A stretch of DNA of 36,026 nucleotides. It comes from Stramenopiles sp. TOSAG23-2 (taxonomy: Eukaryota). The notes beneath the pieces are model-generated. The model saw nothing but the letters and a program-made list of their open reading frames with translations, was not told the origin of the DNA and searched no databases. The position numbers and the translations under genes were made by a program. The DNA lies in NCBI GenBank assembly GCA_900128395.1, contig LT649340.1, forward strand, positions 1 through 36,026, read 5' to 3'. Positions 9,667-20,949 of the stretch are shown piece by piece (the first letter of the stretch is position 1; every line of letters begins with the position of its first letter).

Positions 9667-12546
9667 ATGGCATTGAATATGCATTTTGTTATCAAAAATT
9701 ATAAAATATGGTTTTTAGTTGCAATGCAACATTATTTCATTAATATATTGATTAAATTTGAAAATATTGCTTTTTTTAATGATACGACATCAATAGATTT
9801 TTTTGCCATGTTTTATTTATTGATTTGTTCATGGCCGGATTTAACTTTCAGTTTTTGTCTTGGTTTTGTATTTAAGATTTTTATGGATCTTACGTTAAAA
9901 AGATATTATGCTGCAACATCAAAAATTTGTTATTTATTTGTAACACTTGTAAATATGTATATATTAATAAATCAAGTATATTACAAAGTCACGTTTACAC
10001 ATATGAAAATGTCCGCTGTTAAAAGCGAGCAATCAATTAATTTTCGAAAAGCAAAGATTATATTTGGTTCATTTTTAGCTGAGCTGGATATAATTTTCTA
10101 TGTAAACGTCATCGTCTTGATTGTAACATCCTATTACGTATCTTTAATTGTCTTTAAATCACCACGTCCCATATTAATAAAAGATCATACAATGGAAGAA
10201 AGAAATAAAGAGCACAATACAAAATTTATGAATCGGTATTATAAATATTTTACAATCTTATATTTCATGCTTACCATTTTCAGGCTTGTAGATGTATGTC
10301 ATTTACATCGCAGTAGTAATAGTATTGGTGGTATCGATAATAATGTTGCATTGGATCATCCAATTGTTATATTTGTGAAAGACTATTTTTCATATAGTAA
10401 TAAAATTTATGTTCAACGATTTACTACCAATAGTATTCGACGACATCATGATGTAAACAAGATGATAAATAGTAGTAGTAGTCAGAATAACAACAACAAC
10501 AACAACAACAATAATAATTCCAACCATTATTATTCAGACTTGGAAAATGTTGAAATAACTAATAATGAAAAAACATTTAATAAAAATAAAAATACAAAAG
10601 AATTTATGTATCAACCTATTAAAGGTAAAATAGATGAAAAAGAAATCAATGATGAAAATGTAAAAATAAACAATTATTTTGAAAAAAAGAAAAATGATAA
10701 AAATTCGTTACTAAAAAATAACAACAAAAAGAGAAAAAAAATGCCAAATATTATAATCTATACGTTAGAATCAGTAGGTTCGAAAAATTTATTATCACCA
10801 ACAGATGGATATGCAGATAAAGAAATTACACCAAATATTGCATCTTTGCAAGAACATGGTATAACATTTCAAAATGTTTACGATACATTTCCATCTACAA
10901 CAAGAGCACATATACCATTGGAAACTGGTGGTATCACTCCTACTATGGGAAGTATTGAAAATCAAAATGAAAAAATATATACTGGTGAAACATTAAGTAA
11001 ATTTATCAAAAAACAAGGATATGTAACAAGTTTATTTGCTGCATCGGATCTTAGATTTGAAGGTCTTGCTAGATTTTATGAACAATTTGGCTATGATAAA
11101 TTTCATCATTATGGTAATGCTGGTGAAAAATTCCAAAAAGAATCTTATTTGAATTCATGGGGTGGAAACGATCACGATATGATATTGAAAGCATTTGAAT
11201 ATTTAGATGAGCAGGGGGAAAAGGTTCATAATGGTAATAACAGTCGTACTACTTATAATGATGATGATGATGATGAAAAACCAGTATTTATTCATTTTCT
11301 TCCCGATGCATCACATCATCCATATACAACTCCATCTAGTTTTTTACAAAAATATAAAAAAGCACCTAGTTCTGATCGATATGAAAATTATAAAACAGTA
11401 TTACATTATACAGATGAATGTATTGGAATGTTAATAGATGGATTGAAGAAAAGGAAAATGTGGGATAATACTGTTGTTATTTTAGTTGGAGATCATGGAG
11501 AAGCATTTGGTAGATCTCATAATAATCATCCAAGAAATTTTCTTCATAAAAATTTTCTATACAATGAAAATATTTTAACATTTTTCATTTTTTCGCATTA
11601 TTCCTTGTCATCAGAATTATCCAAAGCATCGGAAAAAATCGTTTCAAAACGTTTAGCATCAGTTGGTGATTTCTTCCCATCAACAATTGGTTTTTTAAAT
11701 AGAATCAATAGTGACAATAATAATAATAATTACACAAGTAGCATCTACCACTACAACATGGATGACGTAAATATTCCAGGTCAAAATTTATTTTCATCTG
11801 AATATAAACTTCAAATGCAATTTTTTCATAAACAATCAGACCCACTTCAATGGGGTTGTCGAGATGGAAAGATGAAAATAATATCAAATCAATTATCAAA
11901 TCATGTGGAAATGTATGACATTTCAAATGATCCGAATGAAAAAGTAAATCTTGCAATGAGATTAGGCACAAAAGATACAATAGATAAGTATGAAAAACGT
12001 ATTCAAGCATGGTATATTAATGTTCATTGTTGGTTTACATTGCAATTAAAAGATTACAATGTAAATAATCAATGTGATGATACTTCTATTTCTAATTTTT
12101 TAAAAGCTGATAGTATGAAACATTCCGGGCCAAAACGTGGTATCATTGGTGTAGGTCACAGTGCACAAACGTTTCGCAAAATTGATTTCGTAGAACCAGA
12201 TCAAAAAGAATTTACAATTTTTATTGAATGGATAGCATATACGAAAAAGACAAATATTATTTTTGATTTCGCTCCGATTGAATTTAAGCAACGAAGCAAC
12301 AAGCCATTATCTGAAACCATTATAAAACGTATGACAATTGATGGAGTGAAAGCTATTTATATTGTTCAATCAGATCGATATTATCAAAAATGGCAAGTCG
12401 AAAAAGGTTGGCATACTTCATGGTATTTTTTTAAGAAATTAAGAGCAAATAAAAAAGTCGGACTTTGGAATATGATTTTGTGGGATGAAACTGATGGATT
12501 TAAAACGCCAAAATTAATTTTCAACGTGCATATTAAGAGGGAATGA
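9667..12546 (+). CDS. Multi-TM alkaline phosphatase/sulfatase-superfamily enzyme, LTA synthase (LtaS)/phosphoglycerol transferase-like
   Basis: Several N-terminal hydrophobic helices; NIIIYTLESVG, FPSTTRAH (Thr at the nucleophile position, no CxPxR), SHHPY, LVGDHGEAFG, EMYDISNDPNEKVNLA. Confidence 0.75.
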   Translation: MALNMHFVIKNYKIWFLVAMQHYFINILIKFENIAFFNDTTSIDFFAMFYLLICSWPDLTFSFCLGFVFKIFMDLTLKRYYAATSKICYLFVTLVNMYILINQVYYKVTFTHMKMSAVKSEQSINFRKAKIIFGSFLAELDIIFYVNVIVLIVTSYYVSLIVFKSPRPILIKDHTMEERNKEHNTKFMNRYYKYFTILYFMLTIFRLVDVCHLHRSSNSIGGIDNNVALDHPIVIFVKDYFSYSNKIYVQRFTTNSIRRHHDVNKMINSSSSQNNNNNNNNNNNSNHYYSDLENVEITNNEKTFNKNKNTKEFMYQPIKGKIDEKEINDENVKINNYFEKKKNDKNSLLKNNNKKRKKMPNIIIYTLESVGSKNLLSPTDGYADKEITPNIASLQEHGITFQNVYDTFPSTTRAHIPLETGGITPTMGSIENQNEKIYTGETLSKFIKKQGYVTSLFAASDLRFEGLARFYEQFGYDKFHHYGNAGEKFQKESYLNSWGGNDHDMILKAFEYLDEQGEKVHNGNNSRTTYNDDDDDEKPVFIHFLPDASHHPYTTPSSFLQKYKKAPSSDRYENYKTVLHYTDECIGMLIDGLKKRKMWDNTVVILVGDHGEAFGRSHNNHPRNFLHKNFLYNENILTFFIFSHYSLSSELSKASEKIVSKRLASVGDFFPSTIGFLNRINSDNNNNNYTSSIYHYNMDDVNIPGQNLFSSEYKLQMQFFHKQSDPLQWGCRDGKMKIISNQLSNHVEMYDISNDPNEKVNLAMRLGTKDTIDKYEKRIQAWYINVHCWFTLQLKDYNVNNQCDDTSISNFLKADSMKHSGPKRGIIGVGHSAQTFRKIDFVEPDQKEFTIFIEWIAYTKKTNIIFDFAPIEFKQRSNKPLSETIIKRMTIDGVKAIYIVQSDRYYQKWQVEKGWHTSWYFFKKLRANKKVGLWNMILWDETDGFKTPKLIFNVHIKRE

Positions 12547-13021
12547 GATATATTTTTTTTATATAAATATATATTCGTACTAATTTAATCTAATAAAAAA
12601 CAAAAAAACAAAACTTCAATGATATAATGAGATATGAGCACATGAGAAAACATATTGAGTATATTTTTTGTATTCTAATTTCCAATTCAAGTACGGTATA
12701 GCTGTGTGTATGTTAATCTATTTACATGTACACATCATTGGGGTTTTATTGAAAATATTTATATATTTTTTCGTCCTCGATTAATTTGAGCCATCCATTG
12801 GTTTTGCAGCATATGTGTGTGTCTGACATCTACTGGCATCGAATAAATTTATATATATATTCAAAGAACATTTAATATTTTTTGCCATTCATATATATAT
12901 ATATGTATATTGATAATATATAGTTAGGGAAAATTTGTTGAAAGTACATAATATACGTTAATTGTAAAATATTTTTTTTAACTATTTGCAACATTTAGAA
13001 AAAAAAAAGTGATATAGAAAG

Positions 13022-16000
13022 ATGCAGCTAAATGACCAATTATTATCACAAATTGAACAAGCGTTGTTGTCCTTGACAGCACCAAATACAACAATAGTTA
13101 GGCAAGGGGAGAAATACTTGAAAGAATTCATGAAAAACCAAATGTCTATACTAGGATTTTTGACCCATATACAACGTTCGCAACAGGTAGCCGTCAGGCA
13201 ATTGGCAGCAGTATTGTTGCGGATGAATATTAATAAACATTGGCCAAATTTGTCAAAAGAGTTGCAAGAAAATTTAAAAGCTACATTAATAAATTTATTG
13301 ATGCAAGAAGTACATAAATTACCACGAAGAGCCATTGCAAGTGTTATTAGTCGCTTAGCAAAACATCAGTTACCGAACGATGGTTGGCCAGAATTATTAA
13401 ATTGCATGTCTACATGTGCAAATCATGAAAATGAACAACTTCGTGAAGTTTCTGTTTTATTAGTATATCAGCAATACGAAACAATAGGAAAATCAGTTCA
13501 AAAACATTTGGATTCGTTTGCTACTTTGTTTAACTCAGGTTTGCAAGATTCAAGCGTAGCAGTGCGTCTTATGACATTAAAAGCATGTGGTGCAATCATT
13601 AATTATTTAGCTGCAGACAATGTAGTAATAAAATTTCAACATTTAATTCCATTAATGTTGAAAGTTATTGAAGAGTGTGTAAGCAGTGGATCAGATGATA
13701 TTGCTGTTCAAGCATTAGAAGTTTTTGGTGATATGGCACAAAGTCCATGCCCTATATTAAAACCATTCATTGAAATGATTATTGTATCTATTTTACGCAT
13801 CAGCTCCAATCCAGATGCGGAATTGCCAACACGAGATGCAGCACTTACTATTATTACAAATTTAGCAAATTTCAAACCTAAAACCATTTCTAAAATGAAC
13901 GTTGTGCCACAAATCGTTCAAACTTTGTTAAAAATTAATATGGAACCGATTGAGGATGATGTGGATCCTTTTGCATTGGACACGAGTAATAATAATTGTT
14001 GTGGTGGACCAGAAGATGATAGCGAAGAAAATGATTTTTTCGATACCTCATTAACTGTTCATAGGATGTCAAATGTATGTCTCGATAGTATAGCCATTGC
14101 ATTACCGGATAAATGTATTTACCCAGCATCCGTAGAAGTATCCATGAAAGCAATTATGTCTCAAGATTATCATAGCAAACGCGCCGGTTTGAATGTGTTA
14201 GGTATTATATCACAAGGCTGTGCGCATAGTTTAGTCGATGACGTACCAAAGTTACTACCATTGATAGTCCAATGTGTGGAATGTCCAGATTTAGATGTCC
14301 AACAACATGTATGTTACACGTTAGGACAATGGGCAACATATATGAAGGAAGAAATGGGGGAACATCATGAATTATTAATGCCAGTAGTTTTTCATCTCTT
14401 AAACAATGGGGGAACACATTTTAAAATACAAAGTGGTAGTCTATACCTTGTTGAATGTGTAAGTGAAGCAATGGGGCAAGATTTAATTGTTCAATATACA
14501 CAAACGTTAATGAATGGGTTGTCAACCCTTGTAGAAACGGCACCATCTTTGGTGATCAAATCAAAGGCTATGGCGGCCATTACCTCAATAGTTATTGCAA
14601 ATGAAGATAAAATTGTTCCTTATTTTGATAACATCCTGCCACTTCTTGAAAAGTGTTTTGCTGTGAATGAAGGAGAGAATTATTTGAAACTACGAGGCGA
14701 AGCATTGGCATGTTTGGGTTTTTTTGCCGAGTATAGTGGTCCGAATAAATTCAATCCAATCTCTAGTCAATCGATAGAAATTGCAACGGAAATGTTAAAA
14801 GTAATGGATCCAGAGATCGATGAATATGTATTTTCCTTTTTAGGTTGTATTGCAGCATGTTTAAAAGATGATTTTGAGCCACATATTGGAAGCGTTGTTG
14901 AAATATTATTGGAAAAAGCTGCAACGGAGGATGGTTTAGATGTATATAGAAAGAAAATGATTAATGAAGATGGTGGTGAGATAAAATTTAGCACTCCTGA
15001 CGATAATGAAGATGCGGTTGTTGCTAATAATGGTGGTGAAAATACTGGTGTAAATAGAAAAATTGAAGATGCATATGCTGAAGAATATGACGATGCGGAG
15101 GGCGAGGTCCATGTTCGTATACATACAAGCTTGTTAGAAATGCAGATCTCTGCATTAGATTGTCTAGGGAAAATTTTAGTCCATTGTTTTCGTGCTGCAA
15201 TGCCATTGCTACAAAATATTTTAGCTGTTGTGGTAGATATAACGACCCATTTTCATGAAGATTTAAGAACGAAAGCAGTACAATGTTTGCAAAATTGTGT
15301 ACTGGCACAATATGAGCTGATATGTGTTGCACATAATGTTGATCCAAATGTAACTCCAAACGAATTGCATGACACAACAAAAGAACTATTGCAACACATT
15401 ATACCAGTGATATTGTACATAATGAGTTCAGATGTTGACAATGAAGCGGCTGCGGCGTGTGTTGAATGTTATATGAATTTTGTACAACGTTTAGGTCCAA
15501 TATGTTTTATCGTCAAAGGGAAAAATTTAATTGACCCTATCATGCAACAATTATTATTATTTGTTCAAGGTAAAGGGAATTGTCAACTATATAATGAATA
15601 TGAAGACGAAGAGGATGATGACGATGACGAATATGCAGATCATGACCATATGCTAATGGATGCAGTTACGGATTTAATTGGTGCTTTTGCTGGCGCACTT
15701 GGGCCTCACTTTGGAAAATACGTTAACCCATTTTTTGGACATTTGATAAAGTTTTTAAAACCAACCAAACCAGCATCTGATCGTTCCATGGTTGTTGGTT
15801 GTTTTGCTGAAATTGTGGATGGGTTGAAAACAGCAATTGCACCGTATGTTTCTGATTTATTACAAATAGCAAGCACAGCAATACAAGATCCAGAACCAAA
15901 AGTTCAACGTAATGCATGTTTTTTAATCGGTGTATTAGTGACACACGCTCCAGAGAACAGTGTCATTTTCCAGAATTTAGATCAAGTTATAATGTTTTTA

Positions 16001-16348
16001 AACCCTTTTTTTAATATAAAATCAAGTGGTAAACTACGTAATGAAGATGCTGCACTAATTGATAATGCATGTTCTGCGCTTGCTAGGATTATTACCCGTG
16101 CACATAGTGGAATTAATATGGAAGAGATTTTACCAGTATTTTTGCGATCCTTGCCATTAAGAGAGGATCATGAGGAAGATCTACCTGTCTATCAGTGTAT
16201 ATTTACATTAGTGTCTGTGCAAAATACGTTAATATGTGTGAAACATAAGGGTGAGTTGTTGCGGATAATAAATGAAGTATGTGTTGAAAATTCACCAGTT
16301 GATAACGAAATTTTGCAACAGTTGATGATGTTAAAAAATGCAATTTAA
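13022..16348 (+). CDS. IPO4: Importin-4 (karyopherin beta, Kap123-like)
   Basis: IBN_N region (VRQLAAVLLR), HEAT repeats with acidic loops, DRSMVVGCFAEI, VQRNACFLIG, DNACSALAR, LPLREDHEE; 1108 aa. Confidence 0.88.
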   Translation: MQLNDQLLSQIEQALLSLTAPNTTIVRQGEKYLKEFMKNQMSILGFLTHIQRSQQVAVRQLAAVLLRMNINKHWPNLSKELQENLKATLINLLMQEVHKLPRRAIASVISRLAKHQLPNDGWPELLNCMSTCANHENEQLREVSVLLVYQQYETIGKSVQKHLDSFATLFNSGLQDSSVAVRLMTLKACGAIINYLAADNVVIKFQHLIPLMLKVIEECVSSGSDDIAVQALEVFGDMAQSPCPILKPFIEMIIVSILRISSNPDAELPTRDAALTIITNLANFKPKTISKMNVVPQIVQTLLKINMEPIEDDVDPFALDTSNNNCCGGPEDDSEENDFFDTSLTVHRMSNVCLDSIAIALPDKCIYPASVEVSMKAIMSQDYHSKRAGLNVLGIISQGCAHSLVDDVPKLLPLIVQCVECPDLDVQQHVCYTLGQWATYMKEEMGEHHELLMPVVFHLLNNGGTHFKIQSGSLYLVECVSEAMGQDLIVQYTQTLMNGLSTLVETAPSLVIKSKAMAAITSIVIANEDKIVPYFDNILPLLEKCFAVNEGENYLKLRGEALACLGFFAEYSGPNKFNPISSQSIEIATEMLKVMDPEIDEYVFSFLGCIAACLKDDFEPHIGSVVEILLEKAATEDGLDVYRKKMINEDGGEIKFSTPDDNEDAVVANNGGENTGVNRKIEDAYAEEYDDAEGEVHVRIHTSLLEMQISALDCLGKILVHCFRAAMPLLQNILAVVVDITTHFHEDLRTKAVQCLQNCVLAQYELICVAHNVDPNVTPNELHDTTKELLQHIIPVILYIMSSDVDNEAAAACVECYMNFVQRLGPICFIVKGKNLIDPIMQQLLLFVQGKGNCQLYNEYEDEEDDDDDEYADHDHMLMDAVTDLIGAFAGALGPHFGKYVNPFFGHLIKFLKPTKPASDRSMVVGCFAEIVDGLKTAIAPYVSDLLQIASTAIQDPEPKVQRNACFLIGVLVTHAPENSVIFQNLDQVIMFLNPFFNIKSSGKLRNEDAALIDNACSALARIITRAHSGINMEEILPVFLRSLPLREDHEEDLPVYQCIFTLVSVQNTLICVKHKGELLRIINEVCVENSPVDNEILQQLMMLKNAI

Positions 16349-16411
16349 CAAAGAGAGAGAGAGATTTAAAAAACTGTTTTTTTTTGGATCATCTAATCTG
16401 GAGATTATTTT

Positions 16412-16435
16412 TACGTCGTACTTCGTACTTCGTAC
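16412..16435. promoter_or_regulatory. TACTTCG tandem motif between convergent IPO4 and GEMIN5 3' ends
   Basis: TACGTCGTACTTCGTACTTCGTAC; the 17-mer TACTTCGTACTTCGTAC is identical at 23348-23364. Confidence 0.4.
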
Positions 16436-16554
16436 ACATCATATTATTACTTTAATATATTAGATTAGGAGTAAGAGAAAATTTTTATATTACTCTATAT
16501 TATAAAACAAGTTTCGTATTTTTATTATATGACATAATATAGAGAACGATATCG

Positions 16555-19500
16555 CTATTTACGACTACCGGTACCAAATTTCATAATGCTTTTAAACTCG
16601 CTAAAATACTTGCTGCTGCTACCATTTGCTCTTGTTGGTTTATCCATATCGTTGTCGTGGTAATTATTAATACTTTTCCCTTTACTTTCTCGTGAGAAAA
16701 TGAAATTTCTTGCCTCCTGTTTCATTTTTGAAGCGGTCACAGTTTGTTTTGAATCTTCTCCCACATTTTCTAATTTGGAAACTAAATGTTTCTGATTATC
16801 ATCTACTTGTTCTTTGTCTACTACTACTTGATCAATTTCTGTTGATTTTTTGACATCAAGTTTTTCAAGTAATTGCTCTTTCCGGAATTCTAATTTTTTC
16901 TCACTTGCATTTGCTCGCTCATCTTCTTTAGCAATTAAAAATGCTTCACGAGCTAATAAGAGGTAACCTTGCTTTTCTAAACCTTTGCCTAATTCTTTAC
17001 AAATCAAGCGTATCTGAGGGTCCATTGGAGACAATCTTGCCATAGCGAGAGTCAAAGCATCTCGATACAAACGAACAGTTAAGTACACGTTGATGGCTTC
17101 ACGAGTCTTTGAGATTGATAAGTAATATAATACAGCATTATGTACATCCCCCTTGTCCTCTAATTGTTTTGCATACGCTTCAACGGCACTTTCCCATAAC
17201 GCTTTGCCACCAGACATACTTAGTGCTACAAAATTTGCTGTCAAACGTTGTTCTTTTATCATGCGCTTTATAACAATGTTTATATCCCCTCGCCATATCT
17301 CTAGCGATCTTCCCGCTTCATATGCTCCACGTGTTCGGTGACTTTCTATTTGTTTATTCAGTATAATTTCATTTCTTTCCACAGCATGCCAAATATTATT
17401 ATAAGATTTATTATCTGTCACAGTTTGCTGGTCCAATGACTTAATCAAGCGCAATAAATCATCGTTTTCGCCTTTTAATAACGGTAAAATAGTAGATTTA
17501 GATTTTTTCTTGCTATTTGTATTACCACGTTTTGGGCTAGATTTATTTTTAACTCCAGCGGTGTCAGCATGATTAAGTTTGCTACTTGCGCCAGTTTGTG
17601 CACTTACAACTTTATTATTTTTCAGACGTTTCAAAAATTTTTTATGATAAACCGAATCTTTTTCAGGCGGTATGGTATCATCACCGTTATTGTAAATATC
17701 CCATACAACAATGCTTTGATCATCTGAACCAGTATAAAGCATACATTGATTTATAGTTGACCATACGATCGATCGTAATGGTACACCATGGGAACCTCTA
17801 CAATTTCCTATTGGTTCTTGTTTCAATACATCCCATACATTTGCTGTACCATCTTTTGAAGCTGATGCTAGTAATACATCTTGCTTGTTTGGGTGCCAGG
17901 CAAGTTTGGCTACTGGTTTTTGATGCCCAACAAACGTGGCAACATCGCTAACAATGCTTGATGAAGGCAATTCAAGAGCTTCCGTTTGGTTGGGGAAACC
18001 AACAGAAAAAACTCTGACAGTGCGATCGTTAGATGCTGTAGCAAATAAATAATGCAATTGATTGTTCATATCAACTAGATAATTAAACCATTGTATATCA
18101 TTTATCTTTTGGTTTTGATAATGCAACTGTGACAACATATCCATTTCTAATGTTGAAGCAGAAAAATTCATCGTAGTTTTCATTTTAATCATCTTTACAG
18201 TACCATCTTTATATCCAATTGCAAGAATTTCATATTTATCCTTAGAAACTGTTGATAACGACTCATTAACATCAACATTAGAATTCCATGAAAAACTGGA
18301 TATGCTATCACTATCAATATAATTGTCGCGTGAAGCTAAAATATTGCTAATATTTACAACTTTCACATTATTATTATTAAATACCTTTTTCTTCTTGTTG
18401 TTTTTAAATATAGTATCGTTTTGTATATGGAATTCAAGTAAATCGCCACCCTCAGAACATGCATATAGTGTATACTTGTTTCTAAATTCTATATGCCTTA
18501 TGCTATTGTTTATTTCACTACGAAATGGAGTATTTTTGTCTTTCAATACATCAAATATGCCAACGCTACCATCAGCTGTGCCATATGCAACAAAACCATC
18601 GTTTGTAGGATGCCAACAAACGCATGTAACTTCAGATTGCAAGCCACTCCAATGCGTTGTCGATCTACGAAAATCATTTTCATCAGATGTATCCCATACG
18701 CGAATGGTACGATCTCCTACAGCTACTGCACATAAATTTGGAGTTAATTTTGAAAAATTCATATCATATACATAACCACCAAATCCAGGCATTTCGCGAA
18801 TTGGTAATTTCTTCCTCCATGCTATAATTTTTCGATCCATTGAGTTAGTTATAAATGAAAAAGGCAATTTTCTAGTTTTAACATCGATGAAATTATTCAC
18901 TAAAATGTCGAATACAGGTCGATTGTGGCCACATTTATTATTGTTATTACTATTATTTAAATGTTTTGGACTAGTATTTGTTCGAACATTGCTATCATTA
19001 GTATTATGACCATTCCACTTCCATGGCCAAAATAATATTTCCCCCATGTAAGAACTTGACAATATCCCAACCTCATCGATATTCGAATTAAATTCTATCG
19101 GTGCAAATGCAGCAGTCAACCATAGCCTATCTGATTGGCTACTTGTTATAGGTCTGCCACCATTATATCGATTATTATTCCGTTTCTTCTTGCTATTATT
19201 GTTATTGTTTCCACCGGGCAAAGGTAATGTTAAAGTATCAATAATATTCCATGAACTAGTATCCCATAAATTGATCGCACGATCTCTTGATGATGTCAAT
19301 AATAATTTAGGAACATCGCCGTATTTTACATTCATATGCTCACGAGCATTTACAATTGTACTTTTGTATAATTTTTGCAACTCTTTTGAAATTTCATTTT
19401 TATTTACATTTTTTTGCAACTCTCGTAATTGATTGGGAGTATAAATGACTTTACCTTCTTCGGTAGTCACAGGTGTTATGGAAACGTTGTTGTTATTATT

Positions 19501-20352
19501 CGTGGTCATCTCTTCAGTAATTTGTTTTTGCATTCGATGTTTCTGAATATTCTCATTGTATGAATTTAAGTAATCTTGACGTTTGCTATTGATTCTATCT
19601 CTAATTGCTGGGTTCAAAAACGCCAAACCTTGAATTTCTTGTTTATGACCATGCAAGCGACTTACTATAGTCAAACTTTCCCAATCAAATACTGCTAATG
19701 CACCATTACGGTATCCAACAATCACATGATTTTTTACATACGGCGAACATATTGTTGATGTGATAGGACCACAATTTTTCAATGGTTCCCATGATTTCGT
19801 ACTTTCATTATTGTGTAAAACATCGTTATTTTCAAGTATTGTTTCATCGTTGTCAGTTTTTGATTCTACTTGTTTTAGATGAGTCTTTAGAAAATTAATA
19901 GCAAGAACACCCTTTTCATCAGCTGATATAAGTAGATCAGGTGCAAGATACGACATGGTAATTGCTGTTATTGGTTGGTTATTATGAGGTGAAATGGTAT
20001 ATATTGGTATATCTTCTATCATCATTTTTTTGTTATCAACACATATATTCCAAATACGTATTTCACCAAATGTACAACCTGAGACTAATATACTTTTCAT
20101 CGTTGCATCCTTTGCAAATTCTACGCTTGAAATTCTAGATTTGTTTACATGACCATATAAACGTTTGATCATTTTGAATTCTATATTTTCGTCTTCATTT
20201 CTTGAAGAAGAAGATGGTGATGATAATATTTCAAAAACGCATATAGTATTTTTCGCACCATATGCAAATATGTCATTCTCGGCATTTAAGGCGCTGATTT
20301 TAAAATTATACCAATTAGATGATGGTGGGAAGATCAAGCCATCATGTGCCAT
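16555..20352 (-). CDS. GEMIN5: Gemin5-like WD40 double-propeller protein with TPR-like dimerisation region
   Basis: N-terminal FPPSSNWY...FAYGAKN, LTSSRDRAI, RLWLT, SMDRKI, PGFGGYVY, AVGDRTIRVW, WHP..DGFVAYGT, then AYAKQL..GDVHNAVLYYL; first ATG at 20352 (the track start at 20391 is GTG). Confidence 0.85.
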   Translation of the reverse strand: MAHDGLIFPPSSNWYNFKISALNAENDIFAYGAKNTICVFEILSSPSSSSRNEDENIEFKMIKRLYGHVNKSRISSVEFAKDATMKSILVSGCTFGEIRIWNICVDNKKMMIEDIPIYTISPHNNQPITAITMSYLAPDLLISADEKGVLAINFLKTHLKQVESKTDNDETILENNDVLHNNESTKSWEPLKNCGPITSTICSPYVKNHVIVGYRNGALAVFDWESLTIVSRLHGHKQEIQGLAFLNPAIRDRINSKRQDYLNSYNENIQKHRMQKQITEEMTTNNNNNVSITPVTTEEGKVIYTPNQLRELQKNVNKNEISKELQKLYKSTIVNAREHMNVKYGDVPKLLLTSSRDRAINLWDTSSWNIIDTLTLPLPGGNNNNNSKKKRNNNRYNGGRPITSSQSDRLWLTAAFAPIEFNSNIDEVGILSSSYMGEILFWPWKWNGHNTNDSNVRTNTSPKHLNNSNNNNKCGHNRPVFDILVNNFIDVKTRKLPFSFITNSMDRKIIAWRKKLPIREMPGFGGYVYDMNFSKLTPNLCAVAVGDRTIRVWDTSDENDFRRSTTHWSGLQSEVTCVCWHPTNDGFVAYGTADGSVGIFDVLKDKNTPFRSEINNSIRHIEFRNKYTLYACSEGGDLLEFHIQNDTIFKNNKKKKVFNNNNVKVVNISNILASRDNYIDSDSISSFSWNSNVDVNESLSTVSKDKYEILAIGYKDGTVKMIKMKTTMNFSASTLEMDMLSQLHYQNQKINDIQWFNYLVDMNNQLHYLFATASNDRTVRVFSVGFPNQTEALELPSSSIVSDVATFVGHQKPVAKLAWHPNKQDVLLASASKDGTANVWDVLKQEPIGNCRGSHGVPLRSIVWSTINQCMLYTGSDDQSIVVWDIYNNGDDTIPPEKDSVYHKKFLKRLKNNKVVSAQTGASSKLNHADTAGVKNKSSPKRGNTNSKKKSKSTILPLLKGENDDLLRLIKSLDQQTVTDNKSYNNIWHAVERNEIILNKQIESHRTRGAYEAGRSLEIWRGDINIVIKRMIKEQRLTANFVALSMSGGKALWESAVEAYAKQLEDKGDVHNAVLYYLSISKTREAINVYLTVRLYRDALTLAMARLSPMDPQIRLICKELGKGLEKQGYLLLAREAFLIAKEDERANASEKKLEFRKEQLLEKLDVKKSTEIDQVVVDKEQVDDNQKHLVSKLENVGEDSKQTVTASKMKQEARNFIFSRESKGKSINNYHDNDMDKPTRANGSSSKYFSEFKSIMKFGTGSRK

Positions 20353-20949
20353 TTTGTTTTTTGACTTTGTGTTCCTTTTCTTGACATACACATATAGATA
20401 TGCACTTTTCTTGTTTTCCCATTTCTTATTAATTTTTCATCAAGTATTTTATTATTAATTTAGACACGACGACACGACGCCATATCGATTCGATTTTCGA
20501 TTGATTGTCTCAACAATATTTAAGTATAGAAAATAATACCATACGAAATACGTCTAAAATAACAAAATACCCGAAAATTAATCATACAGCATCACAAATC
20601 ACGACGGATAATTGACCCGATCACCTCCGCAGTATCCGAGTTAGAGTAGCTATGTAAACTAGTGATAGAATAGTATTGTATCAAAATTCAACATGTTCCG
20701 AAATATGACTGAAATAGCCATGAACAAATCTTCCTCAATACACCAACTATAAATATTGGCCATCCAATTCCGATTTTTTATACATTTATAGTAAGATAAT
20801 TGCCAATATGTAAAGAGAAAGAGATGTATAATGTATTTATATATATATATATACTAAAGATCATACAATATATATATATATAGAGAGAGAGAGAGTAAAA
20901 TCACATTGTAATAAATAAATATACTGGATATAGATATTAAAAAAATATA
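20353..20949. promoter_or_regulatory. Divergent intergenic region (candidate bidirectional promoter) between GEMIN5 and HEATR3
   Basis: Head-to-head genes ~600 bp apart; contains (GACACGAC)x2 at 20463-20478 and (TA)n/(AG)7 tracts. Confidence 0.5.
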
